Part shown: positions 27,178 through 36,894 of the stretch, in pieces
How the letters are laid out: each line of letters starts with the position of its first letter
How positions within the stretch are numbered: the stretch's first letter is position 1
Origin: Actinomycetota bacterium
Lineage (GTDB): Bacteria; Actinomycetota; Geothermincolia; Geothermincolales; RBG-13-55-18
DNA length: 64,000 bases
NCBI GenBank assembly: GCA_014360645.1
Contig: JACIXD010000016.1
Location: 12,395 to 76,394 of the forward strand
Reading direction: 5' to 3'
Notes under the pieces: generated by a model
The model's database searches: none
Told to the model about the DNA's origin: nothing
What the model saw: the letters and a program-made list of their open reading frames with translations, nothing else
Translations under genes and position numbers: made by a program

Positions 27178-28326
27178 TCACTTTATCGGGTATTTGCCGT
27201 AGATCTCCGCCGCCCGCACCACTGCCAGGGCGTTGACCAGCTCGATGTTGGGCGGGTACTCGCAAGCCGGCGCCAGGACGTAGCCGCCCCCCGGCGCCAG
27301 CGCCCTGATCTGCTCCCGGGCGAGTTCCATGATCCTGGCGGGCGGCTCCATGAGGATGCTCTGGGTGGGGATGAGGCCGGCGATGGCCGTTCTCTTACCA
27401 TAATTTACCTTGAGCTCCGCCAGGCTCTCGCAGTCGTCCGGAAGGTCAGCGAGGGATACCATGAGCGGCTCTATGTATTCGAGCTGCAGGTCCAGATAGG
27501 GCCTGGTGCCGCAGTTATGAAGGGCCACCAGGGCGCCGTTTCGCCTGATCTCTTCCGCGATACGCCGGACATAGACCCCTTCCATCTCCACCCAAAGCTC
27601 GCGGGATATACCGGACTGCGAGGCGAAGAGGGTGTCCAGCATCACCGCGTCCACGCCGGTGTCGCAGAGGGCCCGCGCGTAATCCGTGAGCACCTCGGTG
27701 ATGACCTCCAGGGCGGCCTTGACCTTCTCGGGATGTCGCACGCAGTCCACGAACAGCCTCTGGGCGCCGCGCATCATGGAGAGGACCCCCAGGGGGCCGA
27801 AGATGAACCCCATGACCGGGTAGCGTATCCCGGCCTTCCTAGAGAGGATCCTGCCCAGCTTGATGCACATACCCATGCGCGGGGTGCTGCGTGGGTCGAA
27901 GGGCTCGAGGCGCTCGTAATCGTCCACCGTGGCGATACGCGGCCTGCGATAGTCCGGATATGCGGTGCTGTAAGGGGGATATACCATCTCCTGGCCGAAG
28001 TCGGCGGCCTCCACCGAGAGGTCGATGACGGTGTAGAGGACGTCTCCGCCGATGAGCTGGTTGGCGGCGATATAGGCCTCCGCCGCCGCCTCGGGATCGC
28101 GCGAGAACCTCTCGTAGGATATGCCGGTGAGGCGGCGCGCCGCCCCGAGGAGGAAGTGGGTCACCGGCACGCGGTCGGGCTCCTTATGAAAGGCGGCGCA
28201 CAGCACGCGTTCCAGGGGCAGGAGTTCCCCCACCTTCGCGTGCGCGTGGAAGAGGCCGGCGGCGGCGCGCATCATACCCATGGTGGGCCTGATGAGCCTG
28301 CCCCCGACGCGAGGATAGACGGACAT
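27178..28326 (-). CDS. UroD-family methylcobamide methyltransferase (MtaA/MtbA-like)
   Basis: EPDRVPV, DLSVEAADFG, LHNCG, LAPACE; adjacent to the corrinoid protein. Confidence 0.85.
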   Translation of the reverse strand: MSVYPRVGGRLIRPTMGMMRAAAGLFHAHAKVGELLPLERVLCAAFHKEPDRVPVTHFLLGAARRLTGISYERFSRDPEAAAEAYIAANQLIGGDVLYTVIDLSVEAADFGQEMVYPPYSTAYPDYRRPRIATVDDYERLEPFDPRSTPRMGMCIKLGRILSRKAGIRYPVMGFIFGPLGVLSMMRGAQRLFVDCVRHPEKVKAALEVITEVLTDYARALCDTGVDAVMLDTLFASQSGISRELWVEMEGVYVRRIAEEIRRNGALVALHNCGTRPYLDLQLEYIEPLMVSLADLPDDCESLAELKVNYGKRTAIAGLIPTQSILMEPPARIMELAREQIRALAPGGGYVLAPACEYPPNIELVNALAVVRAAEIYGKYPIK

Positions 28327-28508
28327 TTTATTCCTCACCACCCTTGCTCTGTCTGACTGCGGTGGTGCTATGGTAGCATCCGGAAGCATGATTTGGAAAC
28401 CGAATGCGGAGCCAGACGGCCCGCCCCCTTAAATTCCGTTCGGGATTGACGATAATGTTCATGAAAACCGGTCTTTCGCAAGGGGGCGACTTGCGCGAGT
28501 TGCGACGC

Positions 28509-31373
28509 ATGATGGCCGTGACGGCCTCTATATCGTTTCTCTTACTGATCGCCGCGCCGCCCGCGTCAGCGCTGGGGAGCGCGGCTCGGTCAGATGCCTC
28601 TGTGCCGGGTTCCGGGATGCCTTCGGTCCGGGCCGAGGGCACCGTCTTCTCTCTCCCGGAGGGCCGCGCGGCAGAGGAGGCAGCGGCCCCCGCCGCCACG
28701 CCTTTCACCCCCTCCTCCACCCCCGGCACGGTGGGGGAACGATTCGGGGTGGCCTCCAGCCACATCAAGCTCTACGACGGGGCGACGGTGGAGAGGGAGT
28801 TCGCCGCCGCGGAAGATGCCGGCGCAGCCTGGCTGCGCTGCGACTTCGCCTGGTCGGACCTGGAACCCCTGCCGGGGGTGTGGAACTTCTCCGGGGCGGA
28901 CGCGGTGGTGGAGAGGGCCGGGACCCACGGCGTGAAGCTGCTGGGCATCCTGGGGGCGGCTCCCCCCTGGGCCAACGGGGGACAGGACTGGAGGTATCCC
29001 CCCACGGACCTCGAGGCGTGGCGGGGATACGTGCGCACCGTGGCCGCGCGCTACCGCGGCCGGGTGGCTGCCTGGGAGGTATGGAACGAGGAGAACATCC
29101 ACGCCTTCTGGATGCCGGAGCCCGACCCGGAAGCGTACCTGGAGCTGCTGGCCGCGGCCTCCGCTGAGATCCGTGCCGCCGATCCCTCGGCCGCGGTGGT
29201 CATGGGCGGAGTGGCGGGCCTGGGCCCAGACTACCTGGACGCCTGCCTCTCCCTGGGTGCGGCGGAATATATAGACGCCATCGCCTACCATCCCTACGCG
29301 GAGACCGTCGGGGAGGAGGGGCAGCCGCCGGAGGACACCTACCGTCCCAAGGAGAGGCTCTGCCGTAACCTGGTGGCCTTCGTGCACTGGCTGGTCTCGC
29401 TGTACACGGCGAAGGACCTGCAGGTCTGGATAACCGAGGTGGGCTGGCCCACCAGTCCCGAGGCACCGAGCGGGGTGGACGAGGACACCCAGGCGGACTA
29501 TCTGCTGCGCACCCTCATAAACTACGCCTCCACCGACGTGGACCGCGTGATCTGGTTCAACCTGCGCGATACCCACCTCAACGACTGGGACCGCTACGGG
29601 CTGCTCAGGCGTGACTTCACCCCCAAGGCCTCGTATGCCTTCTACTCCACCTTCACGCGGGTGTTGGGGGCGGCTGCCGGGATAGACAACGCCACGGTCT
29701 CCTTTTCCTGTTCCCGGCCCCAGACCCTGGAGGCGCACTGTTTCCGCATGGCCGGCGGCGGACTGGCGCTTTCGGCCTGGAAGAGCGACGACGCGGCCGA
29801 TTCCCTCTCCTTCACGGTCAACGACCCTGACTACGCGGACCCGCAGCGCGTGGATCCCTTGAGCGGCGCGACCTCCGCCCTGGCGGGGACGTCGCGGGAC
29901 GCCGCGGGAAGGATCACGGTGAGCGGGCTCCCCGTGGGGAAGAGGCCGGTCATCGTCACCCTCGAGAGGGGAGCCCCAGAACCCGGGCCGGAGCCGGGCC
30001 CGCAGCCGCCGGAGGGAGGCAGCACTTTCTACTTCGCCGAGGGCTACACGGGAGAGGGTTTCCAGGAGTACCTCTGCGTGGGGAACGTGGACGAGGCCGA
30101 GGCGGAGGTCGAGGTGGATTTCCTCTTCTCCGATGGCTCATCCTCCGTACAGCGGTTCAGGGTGCCGCGAGGCTCGCGTTTCACCCTCGACGTGAACGCG
30201 GCGGTGGGTCCGGGCAGGGAGGTGTCCATGGCGGTCACCTCTGAGCGGAGGGTGGTCGCCGAGCGCCCCATGTATTTCACCTACGGGAAGGGGTGGACGG
30301 GGGGTCACGCGGTCATGGGGGCGCGGGGTCCCGCGCGGGAGTGGTATTTCGCCGAGGGCTACACGGGAGAGGGTTTCGATCAGTGGCTGTGCGTGATGAA
30401 CCCGGGAGGTGAGGCCGCGGAACTGACCTTCCGTTTCCAGACGGAGGAGAAAGGGGAGGTGGTGGTGGATAGGCTCGGGGTGGCCCCGCGCTCCCGCGCC
30501 ACCTTCCGGGTCAACGAACTGCTCGGCGACGGTTTCCAGAACTCCTGCGCGGTCCAGGCCTCCGTGCCGGTGGTGGTAGAGCGGCCGGTATATTTCGATT
30601 ACCTGGGAACGGGTTCGCATCATTGGGAGGGGGGCCACTGCGTGATGGGGGCCACGTCCACCGGGCGCCGCTTTCTCTTCGCGGAGGGCTCCACGCGGGA
30701 GGACTTCGAGGAATGGATAACCCTCCAGAACCCCAACCCTTTCCCCATCGAGGTCTCGGCCCTCTACGTGTTCGGGCCGGGACAGGGGGAGCCGCTGGGC
30801 CGTACCTACCGCGTGGAGGGCGGGAGGAGGTCCACCATATTCGTGCCCGCGGAGGTAGGCCAGGACAGGGACGTGTCGGTGGAGCTGACCTCAGGGGACG
30901 GGTTCCTCGCGGAGCGGCCCGTGTACTTCTCATATGGCGGGGCGGGGGCTGACGGATGGGAGGGCGGGCACTGCGTCATCGGTGCGGGCGTCGGGGCGGA
31001 CGAATGGCGGTTCGCCGAGGGATACACTGGAGAGGGCTTCCATAACTGGCTGTGCGTGCTGAACCCGGGCGGCGAGGAGGCGGTGGTGGAGGTCGCCTAT
31101 CTCACCCAGGAGGAAGGAGCCCTCGAGCCGCGCACCCTGAACGTGCCGCCGCGTTCCCGCGCCACCCTCTTCGTCAACCAGCACGCCGGCGCCGGATACC
31201 AGCTCTCCTGCCGGCTGCGCGTGCTCGCAGGTCCCGCGGTGGTGGCCGAGCGGCCTATGTACTTCTCGCATGACGGGCGCGACGGCGGGCACGCCGTATT
31301 CCCATGGGGTCAGCCCCGGACATGGGACAATTATTTGAACCCCATGGAGCCGGAGTCTCCGCCTGCACAATAG
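28509..31373 (+). CDS. Secreted clan-A glycoside hydrolase with four 'FAEG' (DUF5719-like) repeats; start uncertain
   Basis: Signal peptide; WEVWNEEN acid/base and WITEVGW nucleotide-flanking nucleophile motifs; repeated FAEG..T. Confidence 0.82.
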   Translation: MMAVTASISFLLLIAAPPASALGSAARSDASVPGSGMPSVRAEGTVFSLPEGRAAEEAAAPAATPFTPSSTPGTVGERFGVASSHIKLYDGATVEREFAAAEDAGAAWLRCDFAWSDLEPLPGVWNFSGADAVVERAGTHGVKLLGILGAAPPWANGGQDWRYPPTDLEAWRGYVRTVAARYRGRVAAWEVWNEENIHAFWMPEPDPEAYLELLAAASAEIRAADPSAAVVMGGVAGLGPDYLDACLSLGAAEYIDAIAYHPYAETVGEEGQPPEDTYRPKERLCRNLVAFVHWLVSLYTAKDLQVWITEVGWPTSPEAPSGVDEDTQADYLLRTLINYASTDVDRVIWFNLRDTHLNDWDRYGLLRRDFTPKASYAFYSTFTRVLGAAAGIDNATVSFSCSRPQTLEAHCFRMAGGGLALSAWKSDDAADSLSFTVNDPDYADPQRVDPLSGATSALAGTSRDAAGRITVSGLPVGKRPVIVTLERGAPEPGPEPGPQPPEGGSTFYFAEGYTGEGFQEYLCVGNVDEAEAEVEVDFLFSDGSSSVQRFRVPRGSRFTLDVNAAVGPGREVSMAVTSERRVVAERPMYFTYGKGWTGGHAVMGARGPAREWYFAEGYTGEGFDQWLCVMNPGGEAAELTFRFQTEEKGEVVVDRLGVAPRSRATFRVNELLGDGFQNSCAVQASVPVVVERPVYFDYLGTGSHHWEGGHCVMGATSTGRRFLFAEGSTREDFEEWITLQNPNPFPIEVSALYVFGPGQGEPLGRTYRVEGGRRSTIFVPAEVGQDRDVSVELTSGDGFLAERPVYFSYGGAGADGWEGGHCVIGAGVGADEWRFAEGYTGEGFHNWLCVLNPGGEEAVVEVAYLTQEEGALEPRTLNVPPRSRATLFVNQHAGAGYQLSCRLRVLAGPAVVAERPMYFSHDGRDGGHAVFPWGQPRTWDNYLNPMEPESPPAQ

Positions 31374-31613
31374 CGCCTTCACCACCTGTCCGATGGCGTC
31401 CGTTCTTCATCTTTCCGGCTCGCCACACGGGGCAGGGGCGGGAGGCGCGGGTGCGTGTGTGGAGACCGGAGCCGTCCCCTTTCCTCCGCACGGTCCCGTC
31501 CGCGGCCCTCGAGACGCACCCCATGGAATTTGCCCTATCCACCCACGGGGAGTAACCTGTAAGCAAGTATGTACAAGGAGACTGCCGTGAGGGTCAGCCC
31601 CGGACATGGGACA
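31306..31613 (+). repeat. REP-like family B copies
   Basis: GGGGTCAGCCCCGGACATGGGACA at 31306 and (lacking one G) at 31591. Confidence 0.88.
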
Positions 31614-34600
31614 AAGGCGGGAGGCGCGGGTGTGGGCACGGAGACCGGAGCCGACCCGTCATCACCCCCCGCAAGATCCGACCGCCTGTTCTCGAGACGG
31701 CCACCGCGCGCGGTGTCACATCGAGTCGAGGGACCTTGCCCACGGCGCAGGGCTTTCCCGTTCCGGACCGCGGGCGGCAAGCTCGCCCTAGCCTGCGCGG
31801 CGGCGCTGATTCTTTTGGCAATGATTTCCTCTACGGGGAGCATCGCCGGCACGGGCTCCCCCGCTCGGAGCGAGCTGCCGGACACCGCCCGTTTCACGCG
31901 CGATCCCTTCACCGCTCGGACCGGTGAGCTGCTGGTCGGACTTGAGGCCGCGGCGGCAGAGGGGGTCGGAAAGATGCTGGAGGGCGCGGGCGCGGGCCGG
32001 GTGGAGGAGGAGCTGCTGCGTTCGGGAAGGGTGTCCCTGAAGAGGATACGCCTGGACAGCGGCCTCTCGCCGCGTGAGGCGGCGTCGCTTTTGGACGTCC
32101 TACCCCAGGTGCTCTACGCAGAGCCGGACCACGCGGTGCGCATGGATTATTCTCCCGTTGACCCCGCTTACCAGCCCGAGCAGTGGGGCCTCCACAACTA
32201 CGGCCAGCTTATCGGAGGAACGGAAGGCCTTCCCGGGGCGGATATCGGAGCCGAGGAGGCCTGGGACATCGAGCGGGGCCTCTCCAACCCCGTCACGGTG
32301 GCGGTGGTGGACACGGGCCTGGACCTATACCATCCCGACCTGGAGGACAAGATTTGGGTGAACGCGGGAGAGGTGCCGGGGAACGGCGTGGACGACGACG
32401 CCAACGGATATGTCGACGACACGCGGGGGTACAACTGGGCGGGCATCACCCAGGGCCGGTATTACTATTATGATTACGCCGAGAAGAGGTACTACACCAC
32501 CGCCTGGTATTTCGGCTACAGCTTAACCAACCGGTTGCTGGCGCAGTCCATAAGGGGTGCCGGCTGTCCCCTCACCCACGTGGGTATCATCCTGCAGAGG
32601 GTCGGAAACCCGGCGGAGGGCGTCACCGTCTCGCTGCGATCCTCCCTCTCCGGCGCGGACCTGTCATCCCTGTATATCGCCCCCGGTGAGGTGAGCGAGT
32701 CGGGGGGAGAGATCTACCTGCCCCTTTCCGTTCCCGTGAACCTGGCGGAGGGAGCCACCTATTACCTCGTCTTCCGGACCTCCAACCTCGATACCTCGAA
32801 CCATTACTACCTCTACCACAACTTCGTGGACGACCCGCCCGACCCCGACACCGACCAGTACGACCCTTACCTCGACGGCCGCGAATACCGGTGGACTGGA
32901 TCGGCGTGGGAGGAGTTCGGGAGCTGGGACTTCTACTTCCGCACCAACCCCAACCCCCGACCCCGCGACGACAACGGCCACGGCACCCACGTGGCGGGGA
33001 TCATCGGGGCCGAGGAGGGGAACGCGGAGGGAGGGGTGGGGGTCTCCTTCGGTGCCGGGATCATCCCTCTCAAGGTGCTGGACTGCTCGGGCAGCGGCTA
33101 TTACTCGGATATCATCTCCGGCATGAGGTACGCCGCTGACGGCGGCGCCGCGGTGATCAACCTCAGCCTGGGAGGCACGTCGTATTCCGACGCCATGCAG
33201 GAGGCGGTGGACTACGCGCGGGCGAAGGGCGCCGTGGTTCTGGCCGCGGCGGGCAACAGCGGGGACGGCACCGTGCTCTATCCCGCGGGATGCGAGGGGG
33301 TAGTGGGGGTGGGCGCTACCACCAACCGCGATGTGCGCGCCGCATTTTCCAGCTACAACCAGTATGTGGACCTCACGGCGCCGGGTTGGTTCGTCTATTC
33401 CACCATGCCCACCTACCCCGCCGCCCTTAACTCCCTGGGATACGGACAGGGTTACGACTATCTATCGGGCACCTCCATGGCCACCCCCATGGCCTCGGGT
33501 CTGGCCGCCCTGGTGCGTTCCCTGCGGCCGGGTTACGGACCTGACGAGGTGTGGGTCGCCATGCGGGACCACGCCAGGGACCTCGGGCCCCCCGGACGCG
33601 ACGACGAGTACGGCTACGGGCGCATAGACGCCGCCGCCACCCTGGAGAGCATTCAGGTCGCCCCCTACATCTCCTCCCTCGCGCCCTCCCGGGGAAGGGT
33701 GGGGGAGAAGGTGACCATCGAGGGCAGCGCCTTCGGGAGCGTCCGGGGCGCCTCATCCGTCTCCTTCGGCGGGGTGGAGGCCTCCCTCTACGACGCCTGG
33801 TCCGACACCGCCGTGACCTGCTACGTGCCCCCGGGCGTGGCGGGAGTGGTGGAGGTGACCCTGACCACCCCCGGTGGGATCTCCAACGCCCGCGCCTTCA
33901 GCGTCTTGCCTGCCATCTCCTCCCTCGCGCCCTCCCGGGGAAGGGTGGGGGAGAAGGTGACCATCGAGGGCAGCGCCTTCGGGAGCGTCCGGGGCGCCTC
34001 ATCCGTCTCCTTCGGCGGGGTGGAGGCCTCCCTCTACGACGCCTGGTCCGACACCGCCGTGACCTGCTACGTGCCCCCGGGCGTGGCGGGAGTGTTGAAG
34101 GTGACCCTGACCACCCCCGGTGGGATCTCCAACGCCGTGCCTTTCACGGTCGAGGAAGCACCCCCCTCCACCACCTGGTACCTCGCCGAGGGCTGCACGG
34201 AGGGGGGCATGGAGACCTGGGTGCTGGTGCAGAACCCGGGAGACGCCCCCGCCTCCATAGCCATGGATTTCCAGACCGCCACGGGACGGGTGGAAGGCCC
34301 CCGCGAGACGGTGCCCGCCCGCTCCCGCCGCACCTACGAGGTGAGCAGGTACGTCACCGCCTGGGACGTCTCCACCACCGTCACCTCCGACCTCCCGGTG
34401 GTGGCGGAGCGCGCCATGTACGGCGGGAACCGCACCTGGGCCCACGACTCCGTGGGGGTCACCGCCCCCTCCACCACCTGGTACCTCGCCGAGGGCTGCA
34501 CGGAGGGGGGCATGGAGACCTGGGTGCTGGTGCAGAACCCGGGAGACGCCCCCGCCTCCATAGCCATGGATTTCCAGACCGCCACGGGACGGGTGGAAGG

Positions 34601-34772
34601 CCCCCGCGAGACGGTGCCCGCCCGCTCCCGCCGCACCTACGAGGTGAGCAGGTACGTCACCGCCTGGGACGTCTCCACCACCGTCACCTCCGACCTCCCG
34701 GTGGTGGCGGAGCGCGCCATGTACGGCGGGAACCGCACCTGGGCCCACGACTCCGTGGGCTACACGCCCTGA
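31569..34772 (+). CDS. Secreted S8 subtilisin-like peptidase with inserted domain, 2 IPT/TIG and 2 'LAEG' repeats (true start probably downstream, ~31700-31820)
   Basis: Triad VAVVDTG / NGHGTHVAG / SGTSMATP; AAAGN oxyanion motif. Confidence 0.9.
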   Translation: MYKETAVRVSPGHGTKAGGAGVGTETGADPSSPPARSDRLFSRRPPRAVSHRVEGPCPRRRAFPFRTAGGKLALACAAALILLAMISSTGSIAGTGSPARSELPDTARFTRDPFTARTGELLVGLEAAAAEGVGKMLEGAGAGRVEEELLRSGRVSLKRIRLDSGLSPREAASLLDVLPQVLYAEPDHAVRMDYSPVDPAYQPEQWGLHNYGQLIGGTEGLPGADIGAEEAWDIERGLSNPVTVAVVDTGLDLYHPDLEDKIWVNAGEVPGNGVDDDANGYVDDTRGYNWAGITQGRYYYYDYAEKRYYTTAWYFGYSLTNRLLAQSIRGAGCPLTHVGIILQRVGNPAEGVTVSLRSSLSGADLSSLYIAPGEVSESGGEIYLPLSVPVNLAEGATYYLVFRTSNLDTSNHYYLYHNFVDDPPDPDTDQYDPYLDGREYRWTGSAWEEFGSWDFYFRTNPNPRPRDDNGHGTHVAGIIGAEEGNAEGGVGVSFGAGIIPLKVLDCSGSGYYSDIISGMRYAADGGAAVINLSLGGTSYSDAMQEAVDYARAKGAVVLAAAGNSGDGTVLYPAGCEGVVGVGATTNRDVRAAFSSYNQYVDLTAPGWFVYSTMPTYPAALNSLGYGQGYDYLSGTSMATPMASGLAALVRSLRPGYGPDEVWVAMRDHARDLGPPGRDDEYGYGRIDAAATLESIQVAPYISSLAPSRGRVGEKVTIEGSAFGSVRGASSVSFGGVEASLYDAWSDTAVTCYVPPGVAGVVEVTLTTPGGISNARAFSVLPAISSLAPSRGRVGEKVTIEGSAFGSVRGASSVSFGGVEASLYDAWSDTAVTCYVPPGVAGVLKVTLTTPGGISNAVPFTVEEAPPSTTWYLAEGCTEGGMETWVLVQNPGDAPASIAMDFQTATGRVEGPRETVPARSRRTYEVSRYVTAWDVSTTVTSDLPVVAERAMYGGNRTWAHDSVGVTAPSTTWYLAEGCTEGGMETWVLVQNPGDAPASIAMDFQTATGRVEGPRETVPARSRRTYEVSRYVTAWDVSTTVTSDLPVVAERAMYGGNRTWAHDSVGYTP
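33668..34759 (+). repeat. Near-perfect intragenic duplications (periods 246 bp and 303 bp)
   Basis: 33668-33890 vs 33914-34136; 34162-34456 vs 34465-34759. Confidence 0.92.
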
Positions 34773-34872
34773 GCCCGTACCGCTCCCGCCCGGATGCGGT
34801 CAGGCCCTGAAGGACCCGTTCATTTATAATAGGGGAGGAAACCGGGAGACGGGAGAGGACGGGGGGTGTCGC

Positions 34873-36438
34873 ATGGAAGAAAGATACATCCTGGTCAACG
34901 ACGTGGGTACCACGGGGGTAAGGGCGGTGATCTTCGACCGCGAAACCAACGTGGTGCGGGAGGTCTACCGCGAGATCCCGCAGATATTCCCGCGCCCCGG
35001 CTGGACGGAACAGGACCCCGCCGACCTCTTCGAGGGATGCGTAGAGGTAACCCGGACGGCCCTGGAAGAATCAGGCATCAGGCCCGTGGAGATAGCGGCC
35101 ATGGGCATCGCCACCCAGAGGGCCACCAGCATGATCTGGGATTCCGAGACCGGAGAGCCGGTCTATAACGCCATCACCTGGCAGGACACCAGGATGTCCG
35201 ACGAGTGCGAGAGGATAAACCGCAGCGCCATGTTCCGGCTGCTGCATCTCGCCGGCGGGGCGTACCAGCGCATCGCGCCCTTGAGCGAGAGGCTGCGCCG
35301 CAACCTGGTGGGGAAGCTGCTCATCACCGCCGCGCATTTCACCGTCACCCCCGCGCAGTCCTCCGCCCATGCCCGCTGGGTGCTGGACAACGTTCCGGGA
35401 GCGGCGGAGAAGGCGGCGGCGGGAAAGCTGCGCCTGGGCACCGTGGACACCTGGCTGGTCTGGAACTACACCCGTGGAGCGGTGCACGCCACCGACTTCT
35501 CCAACGTCAGCGCCACCGGCATGTACGACCCCTTCGGCATGCGTTGGAGCCCCCTCCTGCTCAAGCCCTTCGGGCTTCCCGGCGGCCTGGTGTTGCCGGA
35601 GATCCGCGAGACGGCGGGGGATTTCGGGGTGACCGAGGTATTCGGCGACCCCATTCCCATCAGGTGCGTGGTCGCCGACCAGCAGGCGGCGCTCTTCGGC
35701 GAGGCCTGTTTCGAGAAGGGCAGCGTGAAGTGCACCAACGGCACCGGCTCCTTCATCGACGTGAACACCGGAGATGAGCCCATGGCCTCCATATACCGCC
35801 TCACCCCCCTCATCGCCTGGAAGCTGGAGGGGAAGACCACCTACATGATGGAGGGGATCATCTCCAGCGCCGGCTCCTCCGTGCAGTGGCTGAGGGACAA
35901 CCTCCAGATCATCAGGGACGCGGCGGAATCCCAGGAGCTGGCCCAGGCCTGCGAGGACTGCGGAGGGGTCTACGTGGTCCCCGCCTTCACCGGTCTCACC
36001 GCGCCCTACTGGGACCCCTACGCCCGCGGCACGGTCATCGGCCTCACCCGCGCCACCACCAGGGAGCAGGTGGTGAGGGCGACCCTGGAGTCCATCGCCT
36101 ACCAGTGCAAGGACGTCATCGAGGCCATGCAGAAGGACACCGGTATCGCGGTGAGGAAGATCAAGGCCGATGGGGGAGCATCCGCCAACGATTTCCTCCT
36201 GCAGTTCCTGTCGGACATCCTGGACGCGGAGGTGGAGCGCCCTCAGGTCTTGGAGGCCACCGCCCTGGGGGCCGCATTCTTCACCGGCATCGCGGCGGGG
36301 ATCTGGAGATATCCCGACGATATCTTGCGCATCCGGCGCGTGGACCGCGTCTTCAAGCCCGCCATGGACGCGGAGACGCGCGAGAGGCTATACGCCGGCT
36401 GGAAGAAGGCCGTGGAGCGCGCCTCTCGCTGGGCCTAG
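34873..36438 (+). CDS. FGGY-family glycerol kinase, GK5-like
   Basis: DVGTT, GIATQRAT, ITWQD.R, ADQQAALFG, PAFTGL.APYWD, ADGG. Confidence 0.88.
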   Translation: MEERYILVNDVGTTGVRAVIFDRETNVVREVYREIPQIFPRPGWTEQDPADLFEGCVEVTRTALEESGIRPVEIAAMGIATQRATSMIWDSETGEPVYNAITWQDTRMSDECERINRSAMFRLLHLAGGAYQRIAPLSERLRRNLVGKLLITAAHFTVTPAQSSAHARWVLDNVPGAAEKAAAGKLRLGTVDTWLVWNYTRGAVHATDFSNVSATGMYDPFGMRWSPLLLKPFGLPGGLVLPEIRETAGDFGVTEVFGDPIPIRCVVADQQAALFGEACFEKGSVKCTNGTGSFIDVNTGDEPMASIYRLTPLIAWKLEGKTTYMMEGIISSAGSSVQWLRDNLQIIRDAAESQELAQACEDCGGVYVVPAFTGLTAPYWDPYARGTVIGLTRATTREQVVRATLESIAYQCKDVIEAMQKDTGIAVRKIKADGGASANDFLLQFLSDILDAEVERPQVLEATALGAAFFTGIAAGIWRYPDDILRIRRVDRVFKPAMDAETRERLYAGWKKAVERASRWA

Positions 36439-36715
36439 GCGGTCGGTTCCGGGCAGCGCCTCTATAGGCGCCTTCACAAGCGCCTTTATGCAAGCGCCTC
36501 TATAAGCGACTTCTCAGGAGTTCGTTTGCCTGCCGCCCGGCCTGCATATAGAGCGCGCGACCGGGACGCGGCGCCCTCTCTTTCGAACCGCCACCCGGTT
36601 CGTGCGAGGGTTTTCCGGTCCTTCCGCCGGCGGCCAAGGCCCCACCTCTTCGTTGTGTGCACGCGGAGGAAAGAAAGAACCACGCGAGCGGAGTCGCCGC
36701 AGGAAGCCCGGCTCG

Positions 36716-36777
36716 TTGACAATTCGCGACCGGGGGCCATAATATTATCGGTATGACGTTAACGTAAACGTCATACC
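36716..36777 (+). promoter_or_regulatory. Sigma70-type promoter (TTGACA-16-CATAAT) followed by a LiuR-type operator
   Basis: GGTATGACGTT-AACGTA-AACGTCATACC dyad at 36750-36777 containing ACGTTAACGT. Confidence 0.75.
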
Positions 36778-36894
36778 TTGGGGGCGGCCGTCAAGGTCCA
36801 TATTTCCCATGCAGCCACACGAGCGCCCGACCCCGGCATGGCCGACGGTGCCGCCACGGAGAGTCGCGGTGGCGGCGGATAAAGGAGGAATGCC

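Noticed and set aside
28327-28500. Cobalamin riboswitch upstream of the corrinoid operon
   Set aside because: No recognisable B12 box in this short divergent region
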